In this document: piece after piece, positions 1-9,002 of the stretch
Layout: the number at the start of each line of letters is the position of its first letter
Numbering within the stretch: position 1 is the first letter of the stretch
NCBI GenBank assembly: GCA_017456765.1
Contig: JAFTIR010000039.1
Location: forward strand, 93,832 to 157,831
Source of the DNA: Clostridia bacterium
GTDB lineage: Bacteria; Bacillota; Clostridia; Oscillospirales; CAG-382
Reading direction: 5' to 3'
DNA length: 64,000 nucleotides
Notes under the pieces: generated by a model
The model's database searches: none
Told to the model about the DNA's origin: nothing
Seen by the model: the letters and a program-made list of their open reading frames with translations, nothing else
Translations under genes and position numbers: made by a program

Positions 1-173
1 ACAAAATACTGCCTTATCCGCTTTATCCCGAAAATGGCAAAAATAAGACCGAGCGTTGAAAAATAACTGTTGCCTCCATGCTTTATAAAGGTAAGTGCAA
101 TCATGGCAATACCAAAGATTATATAGAATATACCGAGATATAATCTCGCTTTAAGCTTTTTTTTGAAACCCAT
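1..173 (-). CDS. small hydrophobic membrane protein, truncated by the window edge
   Basis: The ATG at 173..171 overlaps the TAA of the upstream XRE gene (TAATG). My translation [57 protein letters not shown] stays open to position 1 and is mostly hydrophobic. Confidence 0.5.
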   Translation of the reverse strand, partial: MGFKKKLKARLYLGIFYIIFGIAMIALTFIKHGGNSYFSTLGLIFAIFGIKRIRQYF

Positions 174-373
174 TATTCTTCCTCCTCAAAAATAAATATT
201 TCCTCAATGCTCTTGCCGAAATGCCTTGCTATTTTGTAAGCAAGCTGAAGTGAGGCGTTGTACTTTCCATTTTCCAATGAAATTATCGTTTGCCTTGTGA
301 CACCTACGGCATACGCTAACTCGTCCTGAGTTGTTCCTTTTTCTTTTCGTAATTCTCTTATTCTGTTTTCCAA
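173..373 (-). CDS. XRE-family helix-turn-helix transcriptional regulator (66 aa)
   Basis: The sequence [55 protein letters not shown] is a classic Cro/C1-type HTH. A GGAGG lies upstream of the ATG. Confidence 0.9.
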   Translation of the reverse strand: MENRIRELRKEKGTTQDELAYAVGVTRQTIISLENGKYNASLQLAYKIARHFGKSIEEIFIFEEEE

Positions 374-390
374 ATCATCGCCTCCAATGT

Positions 391-459
391 AATGTCAAGC
401 ACGCTTTACATTTATAATATAACACATACTTTTCAAAATGTCAAGTATATTTTACATTT
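391..459. promoter_or_regulatory. two copies of a 23-bp palindromic candidate operator upstream of the XRE gene
   Basis: AATGTCAAG-N5-TTTACATTT occurs at 391..413 (centre CACGC) and at 437..459 (centre TATAT). The arms are identical in both copies and are inverted repeats of each other with one mismatch. Confidence 0.5.
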
Positions 460-510
460 TTCTCAAAATTTGAACTACACCCAATGAGAGGAGATAAGCC
501 TCCACGGCAA

Positions 511-637
511 AAGAGGGGAAGTCAGCGGAGGTTGAGAGCAGGATGGTTGGTTTGGCAGTATTTGAGCCTTGACCCCATTAGTGGTCAAGGCGAACCAGCT
601 TGTGATTTATAGAGCCTCAACCGAGCCATCCCCTCTT
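511..637. other. 127-nt imperfect inverted repeat forming a rod-like hairpin; candidate small RNA or MITE-like element
   Basis: Nested complementary arms: AAGAGGGGA 511..519 with TCCCCTCTT 629..637; GGTTGAG 530..536 with CTCAACC 616..622; TGGTT 544..548 with AACCA 593..597; CCTTGACC 567..574 with GGTCAAGG 583..590. There is no ORF. It lies between a gene terminator and the XRE promoter. Confidence 0.35.
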
Positions 638-680
638 GTTGAGTGGGCGTTTTTGGTACTTTTGTCGAAACAAAAGTACG

Positions 681-710
681 GAAGAAAAAAGGCGGTCATA
701 TGACCGCCTT
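681..710 (-). terminator. intrinsic terminator of the acyl-CoA synthetase gene
   Basis: GGCGGTC/GACCGCC stem at 691..708, followed on the minus strand by TTTTTTCTTC. Confidence 0.75.
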
Positions 711-728
711 TCAATATGCCTTGTGCAA

Positions 729-2375
729 TTATAGTTTTATTTCGTTCTGCTTTGCAACAACGCTGTCGCCGCTGTACATCTTTCTGAGCTTTGGCTTTTC
801 AATCTTGCCTGTGGGATTTCTCGGAATGTCGGCAAAGATAATCTGCTTTGGTCTCTTGTATCTCGGCATACCCTTGCAGAATTCGTTCATTTCGTCAACT
901 GAACAGTCGACACCATCCTTTAGCTCGATGATGGCTGTAGCCTTTTCGCCGAGTCTCGGGTCGGGTGTACCGATGACCGCAACGTCCTTTACCTTGTCGT
1001 TCTGACGGATGAAGTTTTCAATTTCAACGGGATAAAGGTTTTCACCGCCCGAAATGATAACATCCTTCTTTCTGTCAACGAGGAATATGAAGCCGTCAGC
1101 ATCCTGCATAGCCATGTCGCCTGTCATGAGCCATTCGCCGTAGAGTGTTGCCGCTGTTGCCGCTTCATCTCTATAGTAGCACTTCATAACCGAGGGACCC
1201 TTCACTGCAAGTTCGCCAACTTCTCCCTGCTTCACAGGGTTCTTGTTTTCGTCAAAAATGACCGTTTCCCAATCTGTACCGGGAATACCGATAGCACCAA
1301 CCTTATGTATGTTTTCCATACCGAGATGCACACAGCCGGGGCCGAGGGACTCGGTAAGACCGTAGTTTGTGTCGTAGTCGTGGTGAGGGAAGATAGACTT
1401 CCAACGCTTGATAAGGCTCGGAGGAACAGGCTGTGCACCGATGTGCATGAGTCTCCACTGGTCAAGGTTGTAATCTTCAAGATCAAGAAGTCCTGCGTCG
1501 ATTGCATCGAGGATGTCCTGTGCCCACGGTACAAGAAGCCAACAGATTGTACACTTTTCTTCGCTTATTGTCTGAAGAATCCACTTAGGACTTACACCGC
1601 GAAGAATTATACCCTTTCCGCCTACAATAAATGAACCGAACCAGTGCATCTTTGCACCCGTGTGATAAAGGGGAGGAATGCAGAGGAAAACGTCGTCCTT
1701 TGTCTGGTGGTGGTTGTTGTTTTCGGTGTAGCAGGAAGCGAGAATGCTCTTGTGTGTGTGAAGAACTGCCTTAGGAAAACCTGTTGTACCTGAGGAGAAG
1801 TATATTGCCGCATCGTCATCCTCGGAAATGTTGATTCTGACATTTGTTTCGGGCATGTCGGAAATCAGATTTTCGTAAAATTCAGCATAATCGGGACAAT
1901 CCTTTGCGTTGCCGACAAAGATGAATTCTTTGATTCCTGTAAGAGAGTCCTTAACTGCATCAATTCTTGAAATAAATTCAGGACCGAAGATGAGGACGTC
2001 AGACTGTGAAAGCTCAAGACAGTATTTGATTTCGTCTGCGCTGAAACGGAAATTCATGGGGGCAACTATTGCACCTGTCTTGAGAATACCGAAGTATATG
2101 GGAAGCCAGTCGATGCAGTTCATGAGAAGAAGTGCAACCTTTGAACCCTTCGTAACTCCTTCAGAGAGGAAATAATGACTCAGCTTGTTTGCCTTGCCCT
2201 CAAATTCACCCCATGTGATTTCTTTTCTGTGGGCGGGTTTGGGAACGGATTCAACGAGGTCATATTCTTCCCACGCCTTATCAATTTTTTCTCTTATTTC
2301 GGGGTTTACTTCAACAAGACTTACGTCATTCGGATAAAGTCTTGCATTTTGTGTAAGTACGTCTGTGATAATCAT
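729..2375 (-). CDS. AMP-dependent acyl-CoA synthetase/ligase (fatty-acid-CoA ligase family)
   Basis: AMP-binding signature YFSSGTTGFPKAV. Also TGDMAMQDADGFIFLVDRKKDVIISGGENLYPVEIE and a C-terminal GKIEKPKLR. Confidence 0.9.
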   Translation of the reverse strand: MIITDVLTQNARLYPNDVSLVEVNPEIREKIDKAWEEYDLVESVPKPAHRKEITWGEFEGKANKLSHYFLSEGVTKGSKVALLLMNCIDWLPIYFGILKTGAIVAPMNFRFSADEIKYCLELSQSDVLIFGPEFISRIDAVKDSLTGIKEFIFVGNAKDCPDYAEFYENLISDMPETNVRINISEDDDAAIYFSSGTTGFPKAVLHTHKSILASCYTENNNHHQTKDDVFLCIPPLYHTGAKMHWFGSFIVGGKGIILRGVSPKWILQTISEEKCTICWLLVPWAQDILDAIDAGLLDLEDYNLDQWRLMHIGAQPVPPSLIKRWKSIFPHHDYDTNYGLTESLGPGCVHLGMENIHKVGAIGIPGTDWETVIFDENKNPVKQGEVGELAVKGPSVMKCYYRDEAATAATLYGEWLMTGDMAMQDADGFIFLVDRKKDVIISGGENLYPVEIENFIRQNDKVKDVAVIGTPDPRLGEKATAIIELKDGVDCSVDEMNEFCKGMPRYKRPKQIIFADIPRNPTGKIEKPKLRKMYSGDSVVAKQNEIKL

Positions 2376-2502
2376 TTGTATTTCTCTTTCGTATTTTTTT
2401 AGTTTTTGCCAAATAAAAAACTATTGTATATTATAATACATAAAACTTTCTTTTTCAAGCAAAATTTGCTTTATTTATAAATATTCTTCACATTGTTAAA
2501 AT

Positions 2503-3222
2503 TTAACTCTTATTCTTGCGTAAGGTTGCAATTTCTTCATCGGAAAGAATCCTCCACTCACCCTCGGAGAGAGATTCATCAAGGTGTATTCCTCCGAAAG
2601 TAAGGCGCTTTAAATATAAAACCTCTTTCTGACGGCAGGCATAGCAAAGACGCTTGATTTCGTGGAATTTTCCCTCGGTGAGTGTGATGTGAGCGCATTT
2701 TTGGTCGTTGAGAATCTGAAGAGTCGCCGGTTTTGTCATCTTTCCGTCCATCATAATGCCTTGCTTCATAAGAGCAACGTCATCCTCAGTAAATTCCTTG
2801 TCGCATTCAACATAATATGTTTTTTCTGCGTGATGCTTGGGGGAGAGAAGCCTGTGGGCAAGGGCACCGTCTGTTGTCATTATGAGAAGTCCTACCGTAT
2901 CCTTGTCAAGTCGCCCACATGGGAAAAGCCCTTTGTCGGCATAGCTTTTATCAAAGAGTGAAAGAACTGTTCTTTCACTTTTGTCGTCGGTTGAGCTGAT
3001 AAGCCCCATCGGCTTGTTGAGCATAATATAAATGTTTTCTGCAAAGGTTATTCTTTCTCCGTCAAAAAGCACCTCGTCAAGACTGTCATCAACCTTATCG
3101 TCGGGTTTTATTTTGGGAGAGCCGACAACGCATATTCTTCCAGACTTAATGAGAGAGGTGGCATCCTTTCTGCTTATAACAAGTGTTGACGAAATAAATT
3201 TATCAAGTCTTATTTTTGCCAT
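2503..3222 (-). CDS. RsuA/RluB-family rRNA pseudouridine synthase with N-terminal S4 domain
   Basis: MAKIRLDKFISS is an S4-type N-terminus, and GRLDKDTVGLLIMTTDG contains the catalytic Asp motif. The start is set at the ATG at 3222, preceded by GGAGGTGAAAG. The longer ORF to 3321 has no SD. Confidence 0.85.
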   Translation of the reverse strand: MAKIRLDKFISSTLVISRKDATSLIKSGRICVVGSPKIKPDDKVDDSLDEVLFDGERITFAENIYIMLNKPMGLISSTDDKSERTVLSLFDKSYADKGLFPCGRLDKDTVGLLIMTTDGALAHRLLSPKHHAEKTYYVECDKEFTEDDVALMKQGIMMDGKMTKPATLQILNDQKCAHITLTEGKFHEIKRLCYACRQKEVLYLKRLTFGGIHLDESLSEGEWRILSDEEIATLRKNKS

Positions 3223-3404
3223 ACTTTCACCTCCGAAGCGGAACTGACAACATTTTAACATAAAAAAGCAATATTTACAATACATTTTAACATAAAATGC
3301 ATTCTTTCTCTGTTGACACAACGCTTAAAAAAAAGTATAATTAACTAAATGGTAGGACGATGCATTTTTACAGCACAGGGATTTTTTAATCTTAGATTGG
3401 ATAA

Positions 3405-4469
3405 GTGATGGATAAATTCAACAGAATTGAAATGGCTGATGCTTCAGCTTACAACAGAAAAAAAGCTGTATTTGGCATGTGCCGCGTGTCGGTTTTGCTT
3501 CTGATAATAACCGTTTTGTCGGAATGTGTATCTTTTTCTGTGTTTTTTCTTGTCGGAAAATATTCGCAGGAAATTCAGCGATTGTTGGTTAAAATACTGG
3601 TTTTCTTCAACGCTTCCAAAGGCAGCGCCTATACTGCAGTGAAGCTGGTAATGGGTTCGGAGGCATTTTCAAAGGTTTTGGGAATTGCGGTAACCATTGT
3701 TTCTCTTGTTATTCCCGGTGCTGTTTTTGCAAAGGCAGTGAAACTTTCCGGCAAGGAGACTTTCAACATTAGCGGCAAATGCATAAAAGGTTTAATTCCA
3801 ATGTTTTGTCTTTGTCACTTGTTTACCACACTTGCATCGGTATTTTCAGGTGCAATAAGTGACTTTTTACTTCCCGGCTCTGCCTCGGTGTATGAGGCGT
3901 CAACCGGGGTTGTGGCACACGAATTCAATATATATGAGTTTGTAATAAGCATTTTGTGCACAAGTATTTTTGTTCCGATAGTTGAGGAATACGTTTTCAG
4001 AGGGGTTATTTTTTCATATCTCAGAAGATTTGGTACAGCCTTTGGTATTGTTGCAAGTGCGACAATTTTCGGCGTAGCACACACTTCTCCCGTTCAAAGC
4101 GTATATGCTTTTGTTTTCGGACTCTTTTCGGCAACGATGATAGTTGTTACAGGTAATATAAAGACAAGCATATTGCTTCATGCAGGCAATAATTGTCTGA
4201 CAGTTGTTCTTGGCTATATTCTGGGAGAATTGAATGTAACAGGATTCAATGTTGTCAGCGGTTTGTATATGATAATAATTTCCGGAATAGCAATTTACGG
4301 ACTATATAGCTTTTGTAAAGAGGACGGGTTGTTGCAGAATTTGCGAGATAAAGCAGAAGAACAGGATGGAGAACTTGTTGTAAAGCCGGGGCTTGGGCAA
4401 ATAATGGTGCTTCCTCTTGTAGTATACATTCTGTATTATGCATACAGTGTTTTGATGACGGTGATGTGA
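3405..4469 (+). CDS. CPBP-family (CAAX-type) intramembrane metalloprotease
   Basis: Motifs EEYVFRG, FGVAHT and HAGNN in a polytopic membrane protein. Confidence 0.85.
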   Translation: MMDKFNRIEMADASAYNRKKAVFGMCRVSVLLLIITVLSECVSFSVFFLVGKYSQEIQRLLVKILVFFNASKGSAYTAVKLVMGSEAFSKVLGIAVTIVSLVIPGAVFAKAVKLSGKETFNISGKCIKGLIPMFCLCHLFTTLASVFSGAISDFLLPGSASVYEASTGVVAHEFNIYEFVISILCTSIFVPIVEEYVFRGVIFSYLRRFGTAFGIVASATIFGVAHTSPVQSVYAFVFGLFSATMIVVTGNIKTSILLHAGNNCLTVVLGYILGELNVTGFNVVSGLYMIIISGIAIYGLYSFCKEDGLLQNLRDKAEEQDGELVVKPGLGQIMVLPLVVYILYYAYSVLMTVM

Positions 4470-4963
4470 TGAACGAACATGAAAAGTACATGAAATATGC
4501 CCTCGGAAGAGCCAAAACTGCCGCGAAGCACGGAGAAACACCTGTGGGTGCTGTCATTGTTAAGGATGGCAGGGTGATTTCGGGTGGCAGAAACAGACGT
4601 GAATATGGAAAAAATGCTCTTTTTCATGCAGAAATTTCGGCAATAAATGCGGCGTGCAAAGCTCTTGGCGGCTGGCGGCTTCACGAGTGTGATTTGTATG
4701 TAACTCTTGAGCCTTGTCCCATGTGTGCAGGCGCTATTATAAATTCAAGAATAAAGAATGTATACTTTGGAGCTTATGATAAAAAAGCCGGCTCCTTTGG
4801 AAGTGTAGTAAATCTTGCAGAGTTTCCCTATAATCATAAACCCAATGTTGTGGGCGGAATATGCGAGAAAGAATGTGCGGATATTTTGTCTGAGTTTTTT
4901 AAAACACTCAGAAACAATAAAAAAATTAAAAAGTTAAAAGCTGTGGAGGAAGTAAAGTCATGA
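4466..4963 (+). CDS. tadA: tRNA adenosine(34) deaminase
   Basis: HAEISAI and PCPMCAGA zinc-binding deaminase motifs in a 165-aa protein. It overlaps the preceding gene by 4 nt. Confidence 0.9.
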   Translation: MMNEHEKYMKYALGRAKTAAKHGETPVGAVIVKDGRVISGGRNRREYGKNALFHAEISAINAACKALGGWRLHECDLYVTLEPCPMCAGAIINSRIKNVYFGAYDKKAGSFGSVVNLAEFPYNHKPNVVGGICEKECADILSEFFKTLRNNKKIKKLKAVEEVKS

Positions 4964-5967
4964 AAACAGTAATTATCGGTCTTGGTGCCATATCCGAAAC
5001 ACACATCGCGGCAATTCAGCATGGTGAATTCACAACTATTACTGCGGTATGCGATCTTAAGCAGGAGAGAGTAGACGCTGCAATCCAAAAAATCGGCGAT
5101 GCTAATGTTAAGGGATACACCGACTATAAAGAAATGATTGATAAGGAAAAGCCGGATGTTGTTCATGTTTGCACACCTCACTATCTGCATAGAGATATGG
5201 CGGTGTATGCACTGGAAGCAGGATGTGACGTGTATCTTGAAAAGCCTGCGGCAATGAATGCGGCACAGGCTATGGAAATTGTAGAGGCTTCTGAAAGAAC
5301 AGGTAAAAAGGTCTGTGTTTCTTTCCAGAACAGAGTAATACCCACAAATGCTCTTGCAAAGGAAATTGTCAGTGACGAAAGATACGGCAAGCTCCGCGGT
5401 ATACGAGCAGAAATGACCTGGAGCCGCGGCGGTGCATATTATACTGAAAGCGGCTGGAGAGGTACATGGGAAAAAGAGGGCGGTGGCGTTCTTATGAATC
5501 AGTCAATCCATACCCTTGACCTTATGTATTATCTTGCAGGTCCTGTTCGTGACATGGAAGGCTCTGTTGCTCTCAGACGCAATAAGGGCGTTATAGAGGT
5601 TGAGGATACGGCAGAGGCTACAATTTGGTTTGAAAGTGGAATCGAGGGTATCTTCTATGCTACAAACTGTAACTTTAAGGATTCTTCCGTTCAGATTGAG
5701 CTCTTTTTTGAAAAGGCAACACTTCTTCTTTACAGAAGCGCACTTTATCTTGCAAACGGTAACAATCTTGAAAAGCTCATCGACAACACTGATTATTCCG
5801 CGGCGGCAGGTAAGGCTTGTTGGGGTAACGGTCATGCTATGATGATGAAGCGTTTTTATGATGCACTCTGCGGCTCTGACGACTGGTATTGTGACATCAA
5901 GGATGCAGTTCCTGTACTTGAAATGATTGATAAAATTTACGAAACAAGCAAAAACAAACTGAGATAA
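4960..5967 (+). CDS. Gfo/Idh/MocA-family NAD(P)-dependent oxidoreductase
   Basis: N-terminal Rossmann segment MKTVIIGLGAISETH and an EKP motif (YLEKPAAM). ATGA overlap with tadA. Confidence 0.8.
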   Translation: MKTVIIGLGAISETHIAAIQHGEFTTITAVCDLKQERVDAAIQKIGDANVKGYTDYKEMIDKEKPDVVHVCTPHYLHRDMAVYALEAGCDVYLEKPAAMNAAQAMEIVEASERTGKKVCVSFQNRVIPTNALAKEIVSDERYGKLRGIRAEMTWSRGGAYYTESGWRGTWEKEGGGVLMNQSIHTLDLMYYLAGPVRDMEGSVALRRNKGVIEVEDTAEATIWFESGIEGIFYATNCNFKDSSVQIELFFEKATLLLYRSALYLANGNNLEKLIDNTDYSAAAGKACWGNGHAMMMKRFYDALCGSDDWYCDIKDAVPVLEMIDKIYETSKNKLR

Positions 5968-6028
5968 CTTCTAAAACATATCCGCCTTGCATATGCTGTA
6001 GTAAAAAATACCATGTGGAGGCGGTTTT

Positions 6029-6526
6029 GTGTTTGTTTTTTCTTTCAAAGCATCAAGCTTAAAAATTATAGGTCTTGTATGTGTGTGTCTTGTTGCGGTG
6101 GTTGCCGTAATATCTCTTTTGCCGCAAACGGGGGCATATCTGAATGTTAATAAACTTGATATTTCGAAGACACTCTCGTCTATTGATGTGAAAAAAGAGG
6201 ATGGCAGACAGGAATATCTTTCAACTCTCGGATATACTGCCACAGAGGAACCTGTCAGCAAAACAAGTGAAAAGATACCCGAGGTGTTTGATGCCACAAC
6301 CGAGAAGTATAATGAACTTCAGCGCGTCCAGGGCTTTGACCTTGAACGGTACGGCGGCAAAAAGGTGACGGGCTATACATATGAAATTTCTTCTTTGCCC
6401 GACGGAACAAAACTTTCTGACGATAAATATCTTGCAACCCTTATTGTGTATAAAAACAAGGTTGTTGCGGCAGATTTGTGCTGTCCCGGAAGGCAGGAGT
6501 ATTACCCTCTTGTAAGGGTGTCATAA
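6029..6526 (+). CDS. membrane-anchored protein of unknown function (DUF4830-like by recollection)
   Basis: GTG start 8 nt after GGAGG. N-terminal TM segment IIGLVCVCLVAVVAVISLL followed by a soluble domain. Confidence 0.6.
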   Translation: MFVFSFKASSLKIIGLVCVCLVAVVAVISLLPQTGAYLNVNKLDISKTLSSIDVKKEDGRQEYLSTLGYTATEEPVSKTSEKIPEVFDATTEKYNELQRVQGFDLERYGGKKVTGYTYEISSLPDGTKLSDDKYLATLIVYKNKVVAADLCCPGRQEYYPLVRVS

Positions 6527-6546
6527 ACTATAAAGGATTTGAGAAA

Positions 6547-7110
6547 ATGAACTTTTTTGAATGGATACAGAACGCGGATTTGTCGGCGGTGAGATTTGTA
6601 AGGGAATATATCTCAAACGCATTTTTTGATTTTCTTATGCCGATAGTTACCCTTATCGGCGAGGACGGAATTTTGTGGATAGCGGTAACTCTTATAATGC
6701 TTATGTTTTCAAAAACAAGAAAAGCAGGCTTTGTTATGGGACTTTCTCTTGCTCTCGGATTTGTGCTTGTAAATCTTGGATTGAAGCCCTTGATTGACCG
6801 CCCGAGACCTTATGAAATTGATACGACGGTAAAGATACTTGTTCATTCCCTCGGTGACGGCTCGTTCCCGTCGGGACATACGCTTGCCTGCTTTGAGGCG
6901 GCTACAAGTCTTCTCCTATGCAGATATAAGAGAACGGGAATAATAGCACTTGTCGCGGCAATTGCGGTTGCTTTTTCACGTGTCTACCTGTATGTTCATT
7001 TCCCTACAGACGTTATTGTGGGGGCGATTCTCGGCGTGCTTTTTGCAAATGTTGCATATATTGTTGTGAATAAATTGTATGAAAAAAAGGAAAATTCAAA
7101 AAGTTTGTAA
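6547..7110 (+). CDS. PAP2-family phosphatase (undecaprenyl-diphosphatase-like)
   Basis: Phosphatase motifs KPLIDRPRP, PSGHT and SRVYLYVHFPTD. The start is set at the ATG at 6547 (MNFFEW); the ORF extension to 6478 overlaps the previous gene. Confidence 0.85.
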   Translation: MNFFEWIQNADLSAVRFVREYISNAFFDFLMPIVTLIGEDGILWIAVTLIMLMFSKTRKAGFVMGLSLALGFVLVNLGLKPLIDRPRPYEIDTTVKILVHSLGDGSFPSGHTLACFEAATSLLLCRYKRTGIIALVAAIAVAFSRVYLYVHFPTDVIVGAILGVLFANVAYIVVNKLYEKKENSKSL

Positions 7111-7222
7111 ATTCATGCACTTTATTTGATTAAATCGTGAAAATATGTATTGCAATGATAAAAAAACTGTGATATACTTTAGTTAATTAAAATAGCAAAA
7201 CTTTTGAAGGGAAGTATAAAAA

Positions 7223-8245
7223 ATGTCAGCAAATCTTGATTTTGCAAGCCTCGGCTTTGGTTACATAAAGACCGACTGGCGATATGTTTCAAATTTCAAA
7301 AACGGTGCGTGGGATGATGGTGAGCTTACACAGGATGATAAGGTTGTTATCAGTGAGTGTGCCGGTGTTCTCCAGTATGCACAGACGGTATTTGAAGGTC
7401 TTAAGGCATATACAACACAGGACGGTCATGTTGTTGTATTCCGCCCCGACCTCAATGCAGACAGAATGATTGATTCTGCGAAGAGACTTATTATGCCCGC
7501 ATTCCCCAAGGAAAGATTTATTGATGCGGTGAAGAAGGTTGTGGAAGCTAACCTTGAGTATGTTCCTCCGTTCGGTTCGGGCGCATCTCTTTACCTGAGA
7601 CCCTATATGTTTGGCTCTGACCCCGTAATCGGTGTAAAGCCTGCAAATGAGTATCAGTTCAGAATTTTCTGCACACCCGTTGGCCCTTACTTCAAGGGTG
7701 GCGTAAAGCCTTTAACACTCAATATTTCCGACTTTGACAGAGCAGCACCTCACGGAACAGGTCACATCAAGGCGGGTCTTAACTACGCAATGAGCCTTTA
7801 TGCAATAACATGGGCGCATGACAACGGCTATGACGAAAACATGTATCTTGACTCTGCAACAAGAACAAAGGTTGAGGAAACAGGCGGCGCGAACTTCCTC
7901 TTTGTTACCAAGGACAATAAGGTAGTAACACCTAAGTCCGATACAATTCTTCCTTCTATTACAAGACGCTCACTTCTTCATGTTGCAAAGGAGTATCTCG
8001 GTCTTGAGGTTGAAGAAAGAGAAATTTACAAGGAAGAACTTGCAGACTTTGCGGAATGCGGTCTTTGCGGTACAGCAGCAGTTATTTCTCCTGTTGGCAA
8101 GATTGTTGACCATGGCAAGGAAATCTGCCTTCCCAGCGGAATGAGTGCAATGGGTCCTGTTACACAGAAGCTCTATGACACACTTACAGGTATCCAGATG
8201 GGCAAGATTCCTGCTCCCGAAGGATGGATTGTCAGAATTAAGTAA
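7223..8245 (+). CDS. ilvE: branched-chain amino acid aminotransferase
   Basis: 340-aa class IV aminotransferase. Typical stretches are FEGLKAY, GSGASLYLRPY, GHIKAGLNY and EETGGANFLFV. Confidence 0.9.
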   Translation: MSANLDFASLGFGYIKTDWRYVSNFKNGAWDDGELTQDDKVVISECAGVLQYAQTVFEGLKAYTTQDGHVVVFRPDLNADRMIDSAKRLIMPAFPKERFIDAVKKVVEANLEYVPPFGSGASLYLRPYMFGSDPVIGVKPANEYQFRIFCTPVGPYFKGGVKPLTLNISDFDRAAPHGTGHIKAGLNYAMSLYAITWAHDNGYDENMYLDSATRTKVEETGGANFLFVTKDNKVVTPKSDTILPSITRRSLLHVAKEYLGLEVEEREIYKEELADFAECGLCGTAAVISPVGKIVDHGKEICLPSGMSAMGPVTQKLYDTLTGIQMGKIPAPEGWIVRIK

Positions 8246-8348
8246 CTTACTTTCTCTTTGTTGAGAAGAAAAAGTAAGCAAAGAGAAAAGAGCCACACTC
8301 CGTTCTGTCATAGACCGGAATTGGACACAAGATGCTCGATTGAAACGA

Positions 8349-8386
8349 TTCCCCGATGTCAAACGCCGACATCGGGGAATTTAAAT
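8349..8386 (+). terminator. intrinsic terminator after ilvE
   Basis: TTCCCCGATGTC / GACATCGGGGAA stem followed by TTTAAATTTTT. Confidence 0.75.
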
Positions 8387-8469
8387 TTTTAAATTTTGAA
8401 TTTATTTTTGTAATAGCTATTGCAATAAAGGAAAAACTTGCTATAATAAATTAGGTAGGGGGAACGGCT

Positions 8470-9000
8470 ATGAAGACAATCGTGATATATAAAACCAAAT
8501 ACGGCTCGACAAAGACTTATGCCGAATGGATTGCAGAGGATTTAGGCTGCGAAGCAGTTGATGTTAAAAGTATTAAAGTCGATGACCTTCTCGGATATGA
8601 CACAATCATTTACGGTGGCGGTCTTTACGCCGAAATAATAAATGGCGTGACGCTTATAACAAAGAATATTGAAAAGCTCAAAGATAAAAAGATAATAATT
8701 TACACAACAGGCATAACACCGACAGATGTCCGTGCCTATTATGACGGCGAGGTTATAGAAAAGAACTTCAAAAAAGGTATTCCCGAAAACGTGAAGATTT
8801 TCAATTTCCTCGGAAAAATGGTACAGAGTGAGCTTACAACCGTTCATAGACTTGCCCTTGTTTCTCTTAAAAAGATAATGAGTGCAAAGGAAAATCCATC
8901 TGATATGATAAAGCTGCTTGTGGAGCTTTGTGATGCAGACGGTGATTTTTCTGACAAGGAGTCAATAGCACCACTTGTTGAGTATGCAAAGGAGAAATAA
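8470..9000 (+). CDS. flavodoxin-domain protein
   Basis: MKTIVIYKTKYGSTKTYAEWIAEDLG is a flavodoxin-like N-terminal FMN-phosphate loop. A TTGCAA-N17-TATAAT promoter lies upstream. Confidence 0.7.
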   Translation: MKTIVIYKTKYGSTKTYAEWIAEDLGCEAVDVKSIKVDDLLGYDTIIYGGGLYAEIINGVTLITKNIEKLKDKKIIIYTTGITPTDVRAYYDGEVIEKNFKKGIPENVKIFNFLGKMVQSELTTVHRLALVSLKKIMSAKENPSDMIKLLVELCDADGDFSDKESIAPLVEYAKEK

Positions 9001-9002
9001 AA

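Noticed and set aside
511-637. Identification of the long hairpin as SRP RNA, 6S RNA, tmRNA, a T-box or a riboswitch
   Set aside because: It lacks the conserved SRP domain IV loop sequences, the 6S central bubble size and length, the tmRNA tag frame, the T-box motif and any downstream regulated gene. It is kept only as an unclassified structured element.
3223-3321. N-terminal extensions offered by the ORF track for several genes (3223..3321, 6478..6546, 13781..13819, 14631..14648, 17880..17900, 18040..18063, 47602..47619, 49309..49425, 56594..56731)
   Set aside because: In each case an internal start with a good SD gives the canonical N-terminus of the family. The extension either overlaps the preceding gene or reads as non-protein-like sequence.
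8246-8288. Apparent pseudoknot-like complementarity in the ilvE 3' UTR (CTTACTTT/AAAGTAAG interleaved with TTCTCTTTG/CAAAGAGAA)
   Set aside because: The region is a polypyrimidine tract followed by a polypurine tract. Such low-complexity sequence yields many alternative pairings by chance, and a normal terminator follows at 8349..8386.
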